A stretch of DNA of 64,000 nt from a bacterium (GCA_030689595.1 JAUYHP010000008.1:32589-96588), one strand, 5' to 3'. Positions 28,386 to 38,070 are shown, counted from the first letter of the stretch. Program-made: numbers and translations. Notes: a model not told the origin generated them from the letters alone.

Positions 28386-29042
28386 TTACGGCCTAACCAC
28401 AACCAATCTTTTTTTCCAGACCTTCATAAAGTCATCAATAGATATTTTGCCGCCATCAGATGATCCAGCTGGGTCATTGTAATAAACAGTGCCGTCGTCT
28501 ATCCCAGTAATGACTGCCAAATGGGGGATAGGATTAGCTGGATCAAAAGTATAATGAACTGACGCAATAACCGGCCCCTCATTAATTATTGCCACAAAGC
28601 GCTCAAGAGCATCTTGATCGCTTAAGCCAGAAAAATCATAAGTATTGCCCTCAAGGCCATGGTTTTTTGCCAGTAAAGCCAGACCGTTATGAGACCAGCC
28701 TGCGTTATAAATATAAGCTCCGGCCTTGATGCCTTCATCAAGCAAACTATTTACCGATACAGTATTTAGATCATAAAAATCTATAATCATAGCCAAGCTA
28801 GCTATACCACAGCTGAGTTTTTTCCATTCCGGATCGCTGATATCATTAAATTGCGAATAAAAGGGGACATCTGGGATGTTGATTGCCGGCCTAGTAGCTA
28901 TGGCCGCCTCGGACGCGCTAGTATTCAAAATGAAGCCCGAAACAGCAATTAGCGCTATCATAAACAGCCATATCAAAAAAAGCATATATTGTTTCATCGG
29001 GCCAAATATGCCAGATGTTGTGGGTGATTGCAAACCCGTCAA
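28386..29042 (-). CDS. Peptidase C39-like (papain-fold cysteine peptidase) secreted protein
   Basis: TM/signal segment and a CGIASLAMIIDFY catalytic-Cys context, with a His further downstream. Confidence 0.5.
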   Translation of the reverse strand: MTGLQSPTTSGIFGPMKQYMLFLIWLFMIALIAVSGFILNTSASEAAIATRPAINIPDVPFYSQFNDISDPEWKKLSCGIASLAMIIDFYDLNTVSVNSLLDEGIKAGAYIYNAGWSHNGLALLAKNHGLEGNTYDFSGLSDQDALERFVAIINEGPVIASVHYTFDPANPIPHLAVITGIDDGTVYYNDPAGSSDGGKISIDDFMKVWKKRLVVVRP

Positions 29043-29084
29043 CCCACGCTATTTTGGTCCGGGGCTTTTTCTTTATATATATTG

Positions 29085-29969
29085 TCAATCCTGCACAATA
29101 ACTTTGGTGCCGACATCAGCCCAGGCATAAAGCTCCTTAGCTTTTGATGGAATAAGATTTACGCAGCCATTGGAGGAGGGCTTACCAAAATTTTGGTGCC
29201 AATATGTGCCGTGTATTACCGCGCCTTGACTAGTGAAATATAAATTCCAAGGCACGCCCGGAAGATCGTAATATTTTTCACTTATACCAGGTATCGGACC
29301 TTGCATATAACGACTGGGTGTTTTTTTAAAAACTGTAAAAATACCTCGTGGCGTAGGCGTGAGCTCTAGTCCCGTCGAGATGGATTCCTCTATAAATAGC
29401 TCATCACCATCATAAGCATAAAGTTTTTGCTCCAATCGGCTCACTATTATTTTTTTATTAGTTTTATCTGATCTAGCCGTTAAATTTTGCACACCTTCAT
29501 CAAGTAGAGCGATGACATAATCAGCTGCCACATACCAATCATCTTCTATGCGTTCAGGGTAGCGAATCCATTCATCAAAAACTATTTTATACCAAACTCG
29601 ACCGTCTCGCTCAACTTGGCCGCCAACTTTCAAGACAGCACCGATTCTCAATCGGGCTATTTTTTCATAATCTTCTCCCGGCCCAGATCTTACATTCAAA
29701 CAAGTGCCCACAAAATAAGCATCGCAACTATCAACCACCTCGATATATTCAAAAAGGACTTTTTCAATCGGAAGGATAATTTCCTCTCCACCACTTTCGG
29801 AGGCAATAACCACCGCCTCCTTACTCTGTAAATATGGATTAGTAATTGGTGAATTGGCTATAAACCAATTGGCTTGCAATATCACTATCGCCAACACTAT
29901 CACTAGCGCAATAAGTGCTCCAACCAATATCCCTACAACTTTTTTATGATACCCCAACGGCACGTGCAT
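29085..29969 (-). CDS. L,D-transpeptidase (YkuD) with N-terminal TM helix and SH3-like region
   Basis: HGTYWHQNFGKPSSNGCVNL matches the catalytic His/Cys signature. Confidence 0.75.
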   Translation of the reverse strand: MHVPLGYHKKVVGILVGALIALVIVLAIVILQANWFIANSPITNPYLQSKEAVVIASESGGEEIILPIEKVLFEYIEVVDSCDAYFVGTCLNVRSGPGEDYEKIARLRIGAVLKVGGQVERDGRVWYKIVFDEWIRYPERIEDDWYVAADYVIALLDEGVQNLTARSDKTNKKIIVSRLEQKLYAYDGDELFIEESISTGLELTPTPRGIFTVFKKTPSRYMQGPIPGISEKYYDLPGVPWNLYFTSQGAVIHGTYWHQNFGKPSSNGCVNLIPSKAKELYAWADVGTKVIVQD

Positions 29970-30005
29970 AATTTGATTATATCAGAAAAGCCTACCCCAT
30001 ACTCA

Positions 30006-30041
30006 CAACATTCTCACATTCTCGAGAATATGAGGTTGAGA
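30006..30041. repeat. Degenerate copy of the 36-bp palindromic element, followed by a second 18-bp palindrome (GTTGAGAGATCTCTCAAC)
   Basis: CAACATTCTCACATTCTCGAGAATaTGAGgtTGaG; the left arm is intact, and the right arm has about four mismatches relative to the copies at 60843 and 62971. Confidence 0.7.
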
Positions 30042-30056
30042 GATCTCTCAACAACA

Positions 30057-30093
30057 AAGCCCCCAAGTAGCTTTGGGGGCTTTGTTTATTTTA
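30057..30093 (+). terminator. Rho-independent terminator with no ORF upstream
   Basis: AGCCCCCAAG-TAGC-TTTGGGGGCT then TTGTTTATTTTA. Confidence 0.6.
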
Positions 30094-30301
30094 TGACTTA
30101 AGTTTTTCAAAAAACGTTCTTAGCTGTCTAAATGCTTTAGCTCGGTGACTGATGGCGTTTTCTTCCTCGAGTGTCATTTCGGCCAAAGATTTGTCGTAGC
30201 CATCTGGTCGAAATATGTCGCGGTGAAAATACAGAAGAGCTAGTCGCACAGCTAAAACAAGAGGGCTACCCGATTACGTAGTACGAGCCACAAAGAAGCC
30301 G

Positions 30302-30335
30302 ACCACCTTAACAATCGTTGAGGTGGTTTTTTATT
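30302..30335 (+). terminator. Rho-independent terminator with no ORF upstream
   Basis: ACCACCTTAAC-AATC-GTTGAGGTGGT then TTTTTATTT. Confidence 0.6.
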
Positions 30336-30400
30336 TAGACAACGCCAAAAAGGTTTGACTATCTAGTATTTTATTGGGTTATGTGCTACAATGATGCCTT

Positions 30401-31666
30401 ATGACAGAAAGTAAAAAAGGTTTTTATGGCTTGGGTATTGCCCCAGGGATTCTAGAGGTTTTGGCAAAGCTTCGCTTTGAGATACCCACGCCGATTCAAG
30501 AGCAAGCAATTCCAATTGGAATCGAAGGCAAAGACGTCATGGGCATCGCCCAAACGGGAACTGGCAAAACGTTAGCCTATGGCATACCGCTTATTCAGCG
30601 TATCCTTGGAAGCGGCAATCTTGGTTTTGTGATTGCTCCCACTCGCGAACTAGCATTACAGATAAATGAAGCTTTAGTAAAAATTGGAGCACCGCTAGGG
30701 CTCAAAACAGCAACCCTAATAGGTGGCGAAGCTATATCACGCCAACTTTATGATCTTCGCCGTCATCCTCAAATCATCATCGGAACTCCAGGCAGAATTC
30801 TTGATCACTTAAAGCAAAAAACTGTTTCGCTGGGTAAGGTTGGCGTCTTGGTATTAGACGAAGCCGATAGAATGTTAGACATGGGTTTTGCGCCGCAACT
30901 TAAGCAAATCTTGGCCGTTATCCCACACAATCGGCAAACTATGCTTTTCTCGGCAACTATGCCAGAACAAATTATTAAAATAGCGCGCGATTATCTTAAA
31001 CTTCCCATAAGGGTAGAAATCGCCAGATCAGGTACGGCGGCTAAAAACGTTTCTCAAGAAGTTTTCTTTGTAGCCCAAGAGGATAAAGCCAGATTACTAG
31101 AAAAGGTATTACAACAATATCCGGGATCCGTTTTGATATTTTCGCGAACCAAACACGGTGCCAGAAAGATAGCCTCGTTAGCTAGAAATTTGGGGCATGC
31201 TGCTGCTGAAATTCATTCAAACCGCTCGTTGAACCAAAGGCGAGAAGCGCTTGGAGGTTTCAAAACTGGGAAATATAGAATACTAGTCGCCACTGATATT
31301 GCTTCTCGTGGTATCGACGTGAACAACATTGAGTTGGTAATAAATTACGACCTGCCCGAAAACGTAGAAGATTACGTTCATCGCATCGGACGCACAGGCA
31401 GAGCCGGAAGTAGCGGCCACGCCATTTCCTTCGCACGGCCAAACCAAAAAAGAGACATCCGCACCATCGAGGGATTGATTCGAGCTACTTTGCCAGTTTC
31501 TAAGTTGCCAATTTTACCAGCTCCTCACGGTCTTCACTCCATTACCAACACTCCCAGAAAATCAGAAAGATTTTCTTCGAGAGCTGGCGACCGTCCTCAT
31601 GGTCGATTTGAAAGAGGTCGATCTAGATTTAAATCACGAGGTAAGCGCCAAAGATTTTCAAGATAA
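30401..31666 (+). CDS. DEAD-box ATP-dependent RNA helicase with an RG-rich C-terminal tail
   Basis: Q-motif, AQTGTGKT, DEAD, SAT and HRIGRTGRAG motifs, with a C-terminal RGRSRFKSRGKRQRFSR tail. Confidence 0.85.
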   Translation: MTESKKGFYGLGIAPGILEVLAKLRFEIPTPIQEQAIPIGIEGKDVMGIAQTGTGKTLAYGIPLIQRILGSGNLGFVIAPTRELALQINEALVKIGAPLGLKTATLIGGEAISRQLYDLRRHPQIIIGTPGRILDHLKQKTVSLGKVGVLVLDEADRMLDMGFAPQLKQILAVIPHNRQTMLFSATMPEQIIKIARDYLKLPIRVEIARSGTAAKNVSQEVFFVAQEDKARLLEKVLQQYPGSVLIFSRTKHGARKIASLARNLGHAAAEIHSNRSLNQRREALGGFKTGKYRILVATDIASRGIDVNNIELVINYDLPENVEDYVHRIGRTGRAGSSGHAISFARPNQKRDIRTIEGLIRATLPVSKLPILPAPHGLHSITNTPRKSERFSSRAGDRPHGRFERGRSRFKSRGKRQRFSR

Positions 31667-31711
31667 AAAACGTTGGGTCAAAAGCCCTCGTCAGAGGGCA
31701 TTTTATTTATT

Positions 31712-33556
31712 ATGCAATTACGAAATATAGCAATTATCGCGCACGTAGATCACGGCAAGACAACGCTAGTTGATTCGCTGTTAAAACAGTCTATTAGCTT
31801 TTCTGCTAAAGCTGGTGGCAACGACCATGCGGCAAGCACCAAATATCAATTTGAAGAATTGATTATGGATTCCAACGAGCTTGAGAGAGAGCGCGGCATT
31901 ACAATTTTTTCTAAAAATGCTTCTGTAAAATATGGCGATGTTAAAATTAATATCGTTGATACTCCAGGTCACGCTGATTTTGGCGGTGAAGTAGAGCGTA
32001 TCATGCGCATGGTTGATGGCGTGCTTTTATTGGTAGACGCCAAAGAGGGCCCCATGCCTCAAACCAAATTCGTTTTGCGAAAAGCCATACAGGCAGGACA
32101 TAAAATAATTGTTGTTATTAATAAGATTGACAAACCAGATACGCGCGCTAAATGGGTTCTAAATGCTGTTTATGATTTATTTTTCGAGCTTGATGCGAGC
32201 GCAGAGCAAATTGAATTTCCAGTTATTTATGCTTCAGCGGCACAAGGCAAGGCTGGTTTAGATGATAATTTAGCAGCTATGCAGAACGTTCAGCCAATCT
32301 TCGAAACTATTTTAAAATACATACCGACGCCAACAATCGACAAGTCCAAGCCGCTTCAAGCCCTAACGGTTAATTTGGCTTACGACAACTATAAAGGCAA
32401 AATTGCCATTGGCCGTCTTTATTCTGGCATATTAAAAAAGGGCATGGCGGTTGCTCATATTAATCGCGCTGGCGAAATAAAGCGCGCCGCCTTAAGTTCT
32501 GTAATGCTTTTTGATGGGCTTAGCAGAATTGATGTTGATGAAGCGCACCCAGGGGATATAGTGGCAGTCGCTGGCATCCCAGATATTTCCATCGGTGAAA
32601 CCATCGCTGATTTAGAAAATCCAATCGCACTGCCAACTATTCAAATTGATGAGCCAACCATAAAAATGACTTTTGGAGTTAATACTTCAACCTTCAAGGG
32701 TAAAGAAGGGGAGTACACCACTTCAAGAAACATCAAGGAGCGCCTCATGCACGAGCTAGAAACCGACGTCGCCCTCTCCGTGGCTGATACTTCGTCGGCT
32801 GATCGCTGGGTGGTAGCTGGACGAGGCGAATTGCACTTGGCGATTTTGATTGAAAAAATGCGTCGCGAAGGATTTGAGCTAGAGGTTTCCAAGCCACAAG
32901 TAATTTTTAAAGAAGTGGCTGGCAAAAAAATGGAACCCATGGAGCTAGCCTCAATTGAGGTTCCTGAAATATATGCCGGTGTCGTTATCGAGATGATGGG
33001 GAAGTGCTCTGGCATTATGAAAGACATGCACGTTGATAATGGAACCAGTTATATGGATTTTGCCGTCCCAACGCGAGGCCTAATAGGCACACGTGGAGCT
33101 TTCGCAACTAATACCAAAGGCACTGGTATTATCAATACAATATTTTTAGGATACGAAGAATATAAAGGCGAAATTCGGCCAGAAACTAGGGGATCAATTG
33201 TATCTACTGAAACTGGGATATCCAACAACTTCGGCCTAGTAGCGGCACAGGGGCGTGGTAAATTATTTATCGGAGCCGGCGTTGCGGTCTATGAGGGCAT
33301 GGTGGTGGGTCAAAACGCCAAGGCTGGAGACATCCCAGTTAATGTCTGCAAAACAAAAGAATTGACCAATTTTAGAGCCAAGAATGATGGGCTACAAGAA
33401 CAACTTGAAGTGCCACTAGCACTCACACTCGAAGACGCCCTTAGTTATATTAGCGATGATGAAATGGTGGAAATTACACCTAAAAACCTTCGCATCAGAA
33501 AAACCTTACTTACAGATAACGAACGCCGCAAGGTCAAGAAACAGGAAAAGAATTAA
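31712..33556 (+). CDS. typA: Translational GTPase TypA/BipA
   Basis: [17 protein letters not shown] and DTPGHADFGGEVER. The start is taken at MQLRN; a terminator-like hairpin lies just upstream. Confidence 0.85.
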   Translation: MQLRNIAIIAHVDHGKTTLVDSLLKQSISFSAKAGGNDHAASTKYQFEELIMDSNELERERGITIFSKNASVKYGDVKINIVDTPGHADFGGEVERIMRMVDGVLLLVDAKEGPMPQTKFVLRKAIQAGHKIIVVINKIDKPDTRAKWVLNAVYDLFFELDASAEQIEFPVIYASAAQGKAGLDDNLAAMQNVQPIFETILKYIPTPTIDKSKPLQALTVNLAYDNYKGKIAIGRLYSGILKKGMAVAHINRAGEIKRAALSSVMLFDGLSRIDVDEAHPGDIVAVAGIPDISIGETIADLENPIALPTIQIDEPTIKMTFGVNTSTFKGKEGEYTTSRNIKERLMHELETDVALSVADTSSADRWVVAGRGELHLAILIEKMRREGFELEVSKPQVIFKEVAGKKMEPMELASIEVPEIYAGVVIEMMGKCSGIMKDMHVDNGTSYMDFAVPTRGLIGTRGAFATNTKGTGIINTIFLGYEEYKGEIRPETRGSIVSTETGISNNFGLVAAQGRGKLFIGAGVAVYEGMVVGQNAKAGDIPVNVCKTKELTNFRAKNDGLQEQLEVPLALTLEDALSYISDDEMVEITPKNLRIRKTLLTDNERRKVKKQEKN

Positions 33557-33559
33557 AAG

Positions 33560-34537
33560 CTATTCGGCTGACGCGATTTTTTCAGATTTGATCTTATCTA
33601 AAATCTTTCTTACCGACTTTAAGCTTTCGTCGTCATATATGGAAATCGCTATTGCGCTCGGGTTAATCTTTTTCAAAGTTTTCAAAGCGTTTTTTGATTG
33701 CTCTTCCGATACCGCGTCGCTTTTTGAAAGGAAAAGATATTCCGGCTTGGCCAGCAGCGGCTTTTTATAATCGCCTAATTCTTTGCGGATTGTTTTATAG
33801 TCTTTTTCGGGGTCGGGGGATTCGGCTGAAATAAAATGAAACAACATTTTAGTTCTTTCAATGTGTCGTAAAAATTTTATACCCAATCCTTTGCCAGTAG
33901 CCGAGCCCTCGATAAGCCCAGGTATGTCGGCAATGATCAATTCGTAATAAACGCCAAGGTTCGGCTCTAGTGTGGTAAAAGAGTAATTCGCCACCTTGCT
34001 ATTCGCGTTGGTCAATTCATTTAAAAGGCTGGACTTGCCAACGTTGGGGAGCCCAACAAAGCCTACGTCGGCTAGAAATTTAAGCTCTAATCTCAACTCA
34101 AAAGATTGGCCCGGCAAGCCGAATTGAAATTTTTTGGGGCTGGTGTTAGTGGGGGATCGGAAATGAAAATTGCCCTTGCCGCCCCTGCCGCCACTGGCCA
34201 AAAGTATCTGTTCGCCGATTTTAATAATCTCTGACTCGTCTTCTGTCGTTAGATTATGAATCACAGTTCCAACAGGTAGTTTTAGTAATAAATCTTTACC
34301 GTCGTGACCGTCTCTAAATTGACCACGGCCATCTAGGCCGTTTTCAGCCAAAATTTCTTTTTTGAAACGAAACTGATTGAGTGCGCTAAGGTCTGATACG
34401 CCTTCGGCATAAATACTGCCGCCTTGGCCGCCACTGCCACCAACAGGACCTAAGCTCATCATGTTTTTATTAAAAGACACGGCGCCTTTACCGCCGTCTC
34501 CTGCCGAAATTTTAATTTTTACGTCATCAATAAGCAT
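33560..34537 (-). CDS. obg: GTPase Obg/CgtA (no C-terminal OCT/TGS extension)
   Basis: The Gly-rich Obg fold (GDGGKGAVSF...GGSGGQGGS) and a [12 protein letters not shown]-domain. The start is taken at MLIDDVKI. Confidence 0.8.
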   Translation of the reverse strand: MLIDDVKIKISAGDGGKGAVSFNKNMMSLGPVGGSGGQGGSIYAEGVSDLSALNQFRFKKEILAENGLDGRGQFRDGHDGKDLLLKLPVGTVIHNLTTEDESEIIKIGEQILLASGGRGGKGNFHFRSPTNTSPKKFQFGLPGQSFELRLELKFLADVGFVGLPNVGKSSLLNELTNANSKVANYSFTTLEPNLGVYYELIIADIPGLIEGSATGKGLGIKFLRHIERTKMLFHFISAESPDPEKDYKTIRKELGDYKKPLLAKPEYLFLSKSDAVSEEQSKNALKTLKKINPSAIAISIYDDESLKSVRKILDKIKSEKIASAE

Positions 34538-34565
34538 AAGTTTTAGAACCACAATAATACCATGT

Positions 34566-34871
34566 ATGTTTGAGCTTGACAAATCTAATAGGTTTGATAA
34601 TGATGCGCTCGCTCATCTCTTAACACGTTTATATACAAATACCGTCATTACCTGTATTGATTCGTACAGTGTGGAGGTCCAACTTCCGGATCCGTTATCC
34701 TCGCGGATAATGTACAATGGAGAATATGAGCGTATGTGGCTGCTTGTAAAGCTTGGCAAGCTTTACATCCTAGCGCATCCTAAGCTTCACGGCGATAAGG
34801 TCATGAAGTTCGCCGACACCGAAGCTGGTGTACGACATTTCAGTGCCGATGGAATCGAGTTGGAGCAGTAA
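34566..34871 (+). CDS. Small hypothetical protein
   Basis: About 101 aa from MFELDK. It is divergent from obg and followed by a strong terminator. Confidence 0.35.
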   Translation: MFELDKSNRFDNDALAHLLTRLYTNTVITCIDSYSVEVQLPDPLSSRIMYNGEYERMWLLVKLGKLYILAHPKLHGDKVMKFADTEAGVRHFSADGIELEQ

Positions 34872-34879
34872 TCCACCAA

Positions 34880-34922
34880 GGCCCGTTCAAAGTTTTTATC
34901 CTGAACGGGTCTTTTTTATTTT
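34880..34922 (+). terminator. Rho-independent terminator
   Basis: CCCGTTCA-loop-TGAACGGG then TCTTTTTTATTTT. Confidence 0.7.
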
Positions 34923-35013
34923 AACTTTGCTTCTACACTGTTGCTTGAAAATCATGTTTTGACAATGTGGGGGGTATATAGTAGAGTGCATCTTTGGCGG
35001 AGGAATCAATAAT

Positions 35014-35520
35014 ATGACTAATTGGTTAAAACAAAATTGGTTTAAAATAGGCATGATAGTTGCCGTTTTATTGGCGGCATATATTATTTCTATCGCCGTT
35101 TATTTAATTGATCCGCAGTCAGTATCTGGTAAAAACCAAAAATGCGCCAACGGAGTATCAAGAATCCAAAGAGAAATGAGAAAAACGGCTACGCCAACCT
35201 GGAACGAACAGTTGCAGGAAATCTTCTATTCACCAGATTATGGCACTTGTTTATATGTTAGTGATGTTGATAATAGGACCAACTACGGTATATCTTGGCG
35301 GATATTAAAACGATTGGTTGACTATCGTTCAGGAATTCCTGGGAGTCCATTGGAAAGCTGCCAATATCCAGTTGAATCTTTGATGGTTATTGCCGAAACT
35401 AGAGCTATAGAAATGAACAACGAAGATGTGTTAAATCTTATCGCAGAAGATAGAAGTAAGCCATACGAGATGTGGTGCGGATCATTTGAGGCAGAGCTTT
35501 ATAGACTTAAATATCATTAA
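35014..35520 (+). CDS. Membrane-anchored hypothetical protein
   Basis: One N-terminal TM helix. Confidence 0.4.
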   Translation: MTNWLKQNWFKIGMIVAVLLAAYIISIAVYLIDPQSVSGKNQKCANGVSRIQREMRKTATPTWNEQLQEIFYSPDYGTCLYVSDVDNRTNYGISWRILKRLVDYRSGIPGSPLESCQYPVESLMVIAETRAIEMNNEDVLNLIAEDRSKPYEMWCGSFEAELYRLKYH

Positions 35521-35815
35521 ACTTATTAATAGAGAAGTATTCGAAAAATCAGTAAGCAGAGACGCAGTTATTTGGCACATTTCAGATGCCGTAGGCGTAG
35601 TATATTCAATTTGGGCCTTATTTTTGTTTATAGACGGTGGAAGAATTGTTACTTCGATAATCGTGATTATTATAGGCATTACCATGCCCGTAGTTGCTTC
35701 ATGGGGAATGCCGTCAGGGATGCGCTCAGTTGGCCTTCAACGATTTATGATAGTTAGCGGTTTAATCATCTTATATCTACCAACTGTTTTATTGTTATTA
35801 CTGATAAAAAAATAA
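35486..35815 (+). CDS. Small membrane protein
   Basis: Three TM helices. Overlaps the end of the previous ORF. Confidence 0.35.
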   Translation: MRQSFIDLNIIKLINREVFEKSVSRDAVIWHISDAVGVVYSIWALFLFIDGGRIVTSIIVIIIGITMPVVASWGMPSGMRSVGLQRFMIVSGLIILYLPTVLLLLLIKK

Positions 35816-35889
35816 TTTCAAAAGTTTGCTAAGTAGGGGACTTGTTCTCTTTCGGGTCTTTTCCATTGTATCCGAATTTTAATTTTCCA

Positions 35890-35934
35890 CCAGAGAAATA
35901 AAAAGCCCTCGGCGCGATGTTGCCACGCCGAGGG
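35890..35934 (-). terminator. Rho-independent terminator of the tRNA-Gln transcript
   Basis: Read on the minus strand: GCCCTCGGCG-11 nt loop-CGCCGAGGGC then TTTTTATTTCT. Confidence 0.7.
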
Positions 35935-36090
35935 CGAACGATTCCAAGGAGCAAAGGTTCCCAAAGGATTCAGAAACCAAGGTCCTAAGGATCGAAGCTA
36001 CTTGCGGACGGCCGCGAACCGTTCGCCTTCCACCCAGTCGCGTCGCGTTGCGACGCTCCGAAATTTGGCGAAAACGGCGATTATATTTTT

Positions 36091-36164
36091 TGGCTGCCGG
36101 GCAGGGACTCGAACCCCGATACCACGCTCCAGAGGCGTGTGTCCTACCGTTAGACGACCCGGCA
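36091..36164 (-). tRNA. tRNA-Gln (anticodon CUG)
   Basis: The minus-strand sequence TGCCGGGTCGTCTAACGGTAGGACACACGCCTCTGGAGCGTGGTATCGGGGTTCGAGTCCCTGCCCGGCAGCCA folds into a 7-bp acceptor stem, a GGTTCGAGTCC T-arm and a CUCUGGA anticodon loop. CCA is encoded. Confidence 0.8.
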
Positions 36165-36226
36165 TCATTAGACTCAATCTTAATGTTATAATACAATTAT
36201 GGCTAGAAGCAAAAGCAAATAATTTT

Positions 36227-36841
36227 ATGCAAAAAGACTATCAACCAGAAAAATTAAAAATTGATAAAGATCTTCCAGGCTTCAGCCTTAAGGGCATCAA
36301 GGAGCATTTTAAACTTTATGAGGGTTATGTCAAAAAAACTAACGAGATCCAAAAGAAAATTGAAGATGCCGATAAGTCAGAGGCCAATGCTGTTTACAGT
36401 TATATCGGCGAATTGAAGCGCGAAGAAGTCTTTGCCATAAACGGCATTAAACTTCATGAAATTTATTTTGATCACCTTGGCGGCGATGGAAAGCCAAGTG
36501 GTGAGCTAGTAAAAATGATCGAAAGAGATTTTGGCTCGGTTGATAAATGGCGCGAAGATATGATCGCCACCGGCTTAAGTGCTCGTGGTTGGGCTATAAT
36601 GGCCTACGACCTTAAAGATAGCCAGCTCCATAATTATGGAGCTGATGCCCAAAACATTGGCGCAGTCTGGGGCGCTATTCCTATTATAGCCCTGGATGTT
36701 TATGAGCACGCTTATTTTATGGATTATGGAACCGATCGAAAATCTTATGTTAATGCCTTTTTTGAAAATCTGGATTGGAGCGTCGCCAATGCCATGATGA
36801 CTAAATATGTCACGCCATGGGAAAAGACAAAGAACCAGTAA
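36227..36841 (+). CDS. sodA: Fe/Mn superoxide dismutase
   Basis: LDVYEHAYFMDYG (the D-x-W/Y-E-H-A-Y motif) and the conserved His ligands (EHF..., LHEIYF). The start is taken at MQKDY; the longer upstream frame overlaps the tRNA. Confidence 0.8.
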   Translation: MQKDYQPEKLKIDKDLPGFSLKGIKEHFKLYEGYVKKTNEIQKKIEDADKSEANAVYSYIGELKREEVFAINGIKLHEIYFDHLGGDGKPSGELVKMIERDFGSVDKWREDMIATGLSARGWAIMAYDLKDSQLHNYGADAQNIGAVWGAIPIIALDVYEHAYFMDYGTDRKSYVNAFFENLDWSVANAMMTKYVTPWEKTKNQ

Positions 36842-38070
36842 AAAATTCGGAGCGAGAGGATGTTGAAACCGAAAAGGATCTACTACAGGGCGGTGAAGCT
36901 TCGATAATAAAATTGATAGATGCCTTAATCGAAAGCGCCTATACGGCTCGCGCTTCTGATATTCATATCGATCCGGAACAGGACCAAGTCCGAGTGCGCT
37001 TCAGAGTTGACGGAACCTTGCATGACACTTTTGTCTTTTCAAAAGACTCCCATTCAGAAATCATCACTCGCCTGAAAGTACTTTCTGGCTTACGCACTGA
37101 CGAACATCAAATGGCCCAAGATGGACGTTTTAAAATTTCCGTCAGTGACGGTCTTTTTGTAGATGTACGCCTTTCCATAGCTCCAACCTATTACGGGGAA
37201 AATGCCGTGATGAGATTATTGGCACAAAAATCTGAAACAGAATTTACTTTAGAGGCCTTGGCATTTTCCGAAAAAAATCAAAAAATAATTCAAAAATCAA
37301 TTAAAAAACCTTATGGCATGATTTTGGCCACTGGGCCCACCGGCTCTGGCAAAACCACCACTCTGTACACGATCATAAAAATGTTGAACAAGCCAGAAAC
37401 TTCCATCATCACCATAGAAGATCCCATTGAATATTCGGTTGATGGCGTTGAGCAAATTCAAGTTAACACACAAACAGGGCTGACCTTCGTCAGCGGTCTA
37501 CGCTCGATCTTGCGACAAGATCCTAATATCATCATGGTCGGTGAAATACGCGATCAAGAAACAGCTGGCATTGCCATTAATGCCGCTTTGACAGGTCATC
37601 TTTTGCTTTCAACCCTACACACCAACGACGCCGCCACAACATTGCCGCGGTTGGTAGATATGAAGGTAGAGCCGTTTTTAATTGCATCCACCGTAAATAT
37701 TGCCATGGGCCAGAGATTGCTACGCCGTGTTTGCCAAGATTGTAAAATCGAAAAAAAGATTACAGCCACCGACATTAAGAGTTTGTCCACAGCGTTACGC
37801 CCAGGAGCAATAAATGAAGGTGCTATTTTCTATGCTGGCGAAGGTTGTGATGTGTGTGACCACACCGGCTACAAAGGACGCATTGGAGTACATGAGGTTA
37901 TGGAGGTTACGGATGCTATCAGAGAAGCTATAATGAAAAGAGCCGACGCCGCCATGATTCAAGAATTAGCAATCAAAGAAGGCATGGTGCCTATGCTTGA
38001 AGACGCGCTTCAAAAAGCATTGGCCGGGCTAACCACGATCGAAGAAATTTTACGCATTATACATGAATAA
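36817..38070 (+). CDS. pilB: Type IV pilus/T2SS assembly ATPase (GspE/PilB family), minimal form
   Basis: Walker A ATGPTGSGKTTTLY, Asp/His boxes and a C-terminal tetracysteine (CQDC...CDVC). Only about 417 aa. Confidence 0.85.
   Translation: MGKDKEPVKNSEREDVETEKDLLQGGEASIIKLIDALIESAYTARASDIHIDPEQDQVRVRFRVDGTLHDTFVFSKDSHSEIITRLKVLSGLRTDEHQMAQDGRFKISVSDGLFVDVRLSIAPTYYGENAVMRLLAQKSETEFTLEALAFSEKNQKIIQKSIKKPYGMILATGPTGSGKTTTLYTIIKMLNKPETSIITIEDPIEYSVDGVEQIQVNTQTGLTFVSGLRSILRQDPNIIMVGEIRDQETAGIAINAALTGHLLLSTLHTNDAATTLPRLVDMKVEPFLIASTVNIAMGQRLLRRVCQDCKIEKKITATDIKSLSTALRPGAINEGAIFYAGEGCDVCDHTGYKGRIGVHEVMEVTDAIREAIMKRADAAMIQELAIKEGMVPMLEDALQKALAGLTTIEEILRIIHE

Noticed and set aside
35940-36090. SRP (4.5S) RNA identity for the structured tail downstream of tRNA-Gln
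   Set aside because: The conserved domain IV motifs (GGAAGCAGCC / GGUG...A) were not found. It is kept only as an unclassified structured RNA candidate.
35879-36196. 105-aa minus-strand ORF from the track
   Set aside because: It is the reading-through of the tRNA-Gln gene and its GC-rich tail, with an Arg/Gly-rich nonsense composition.
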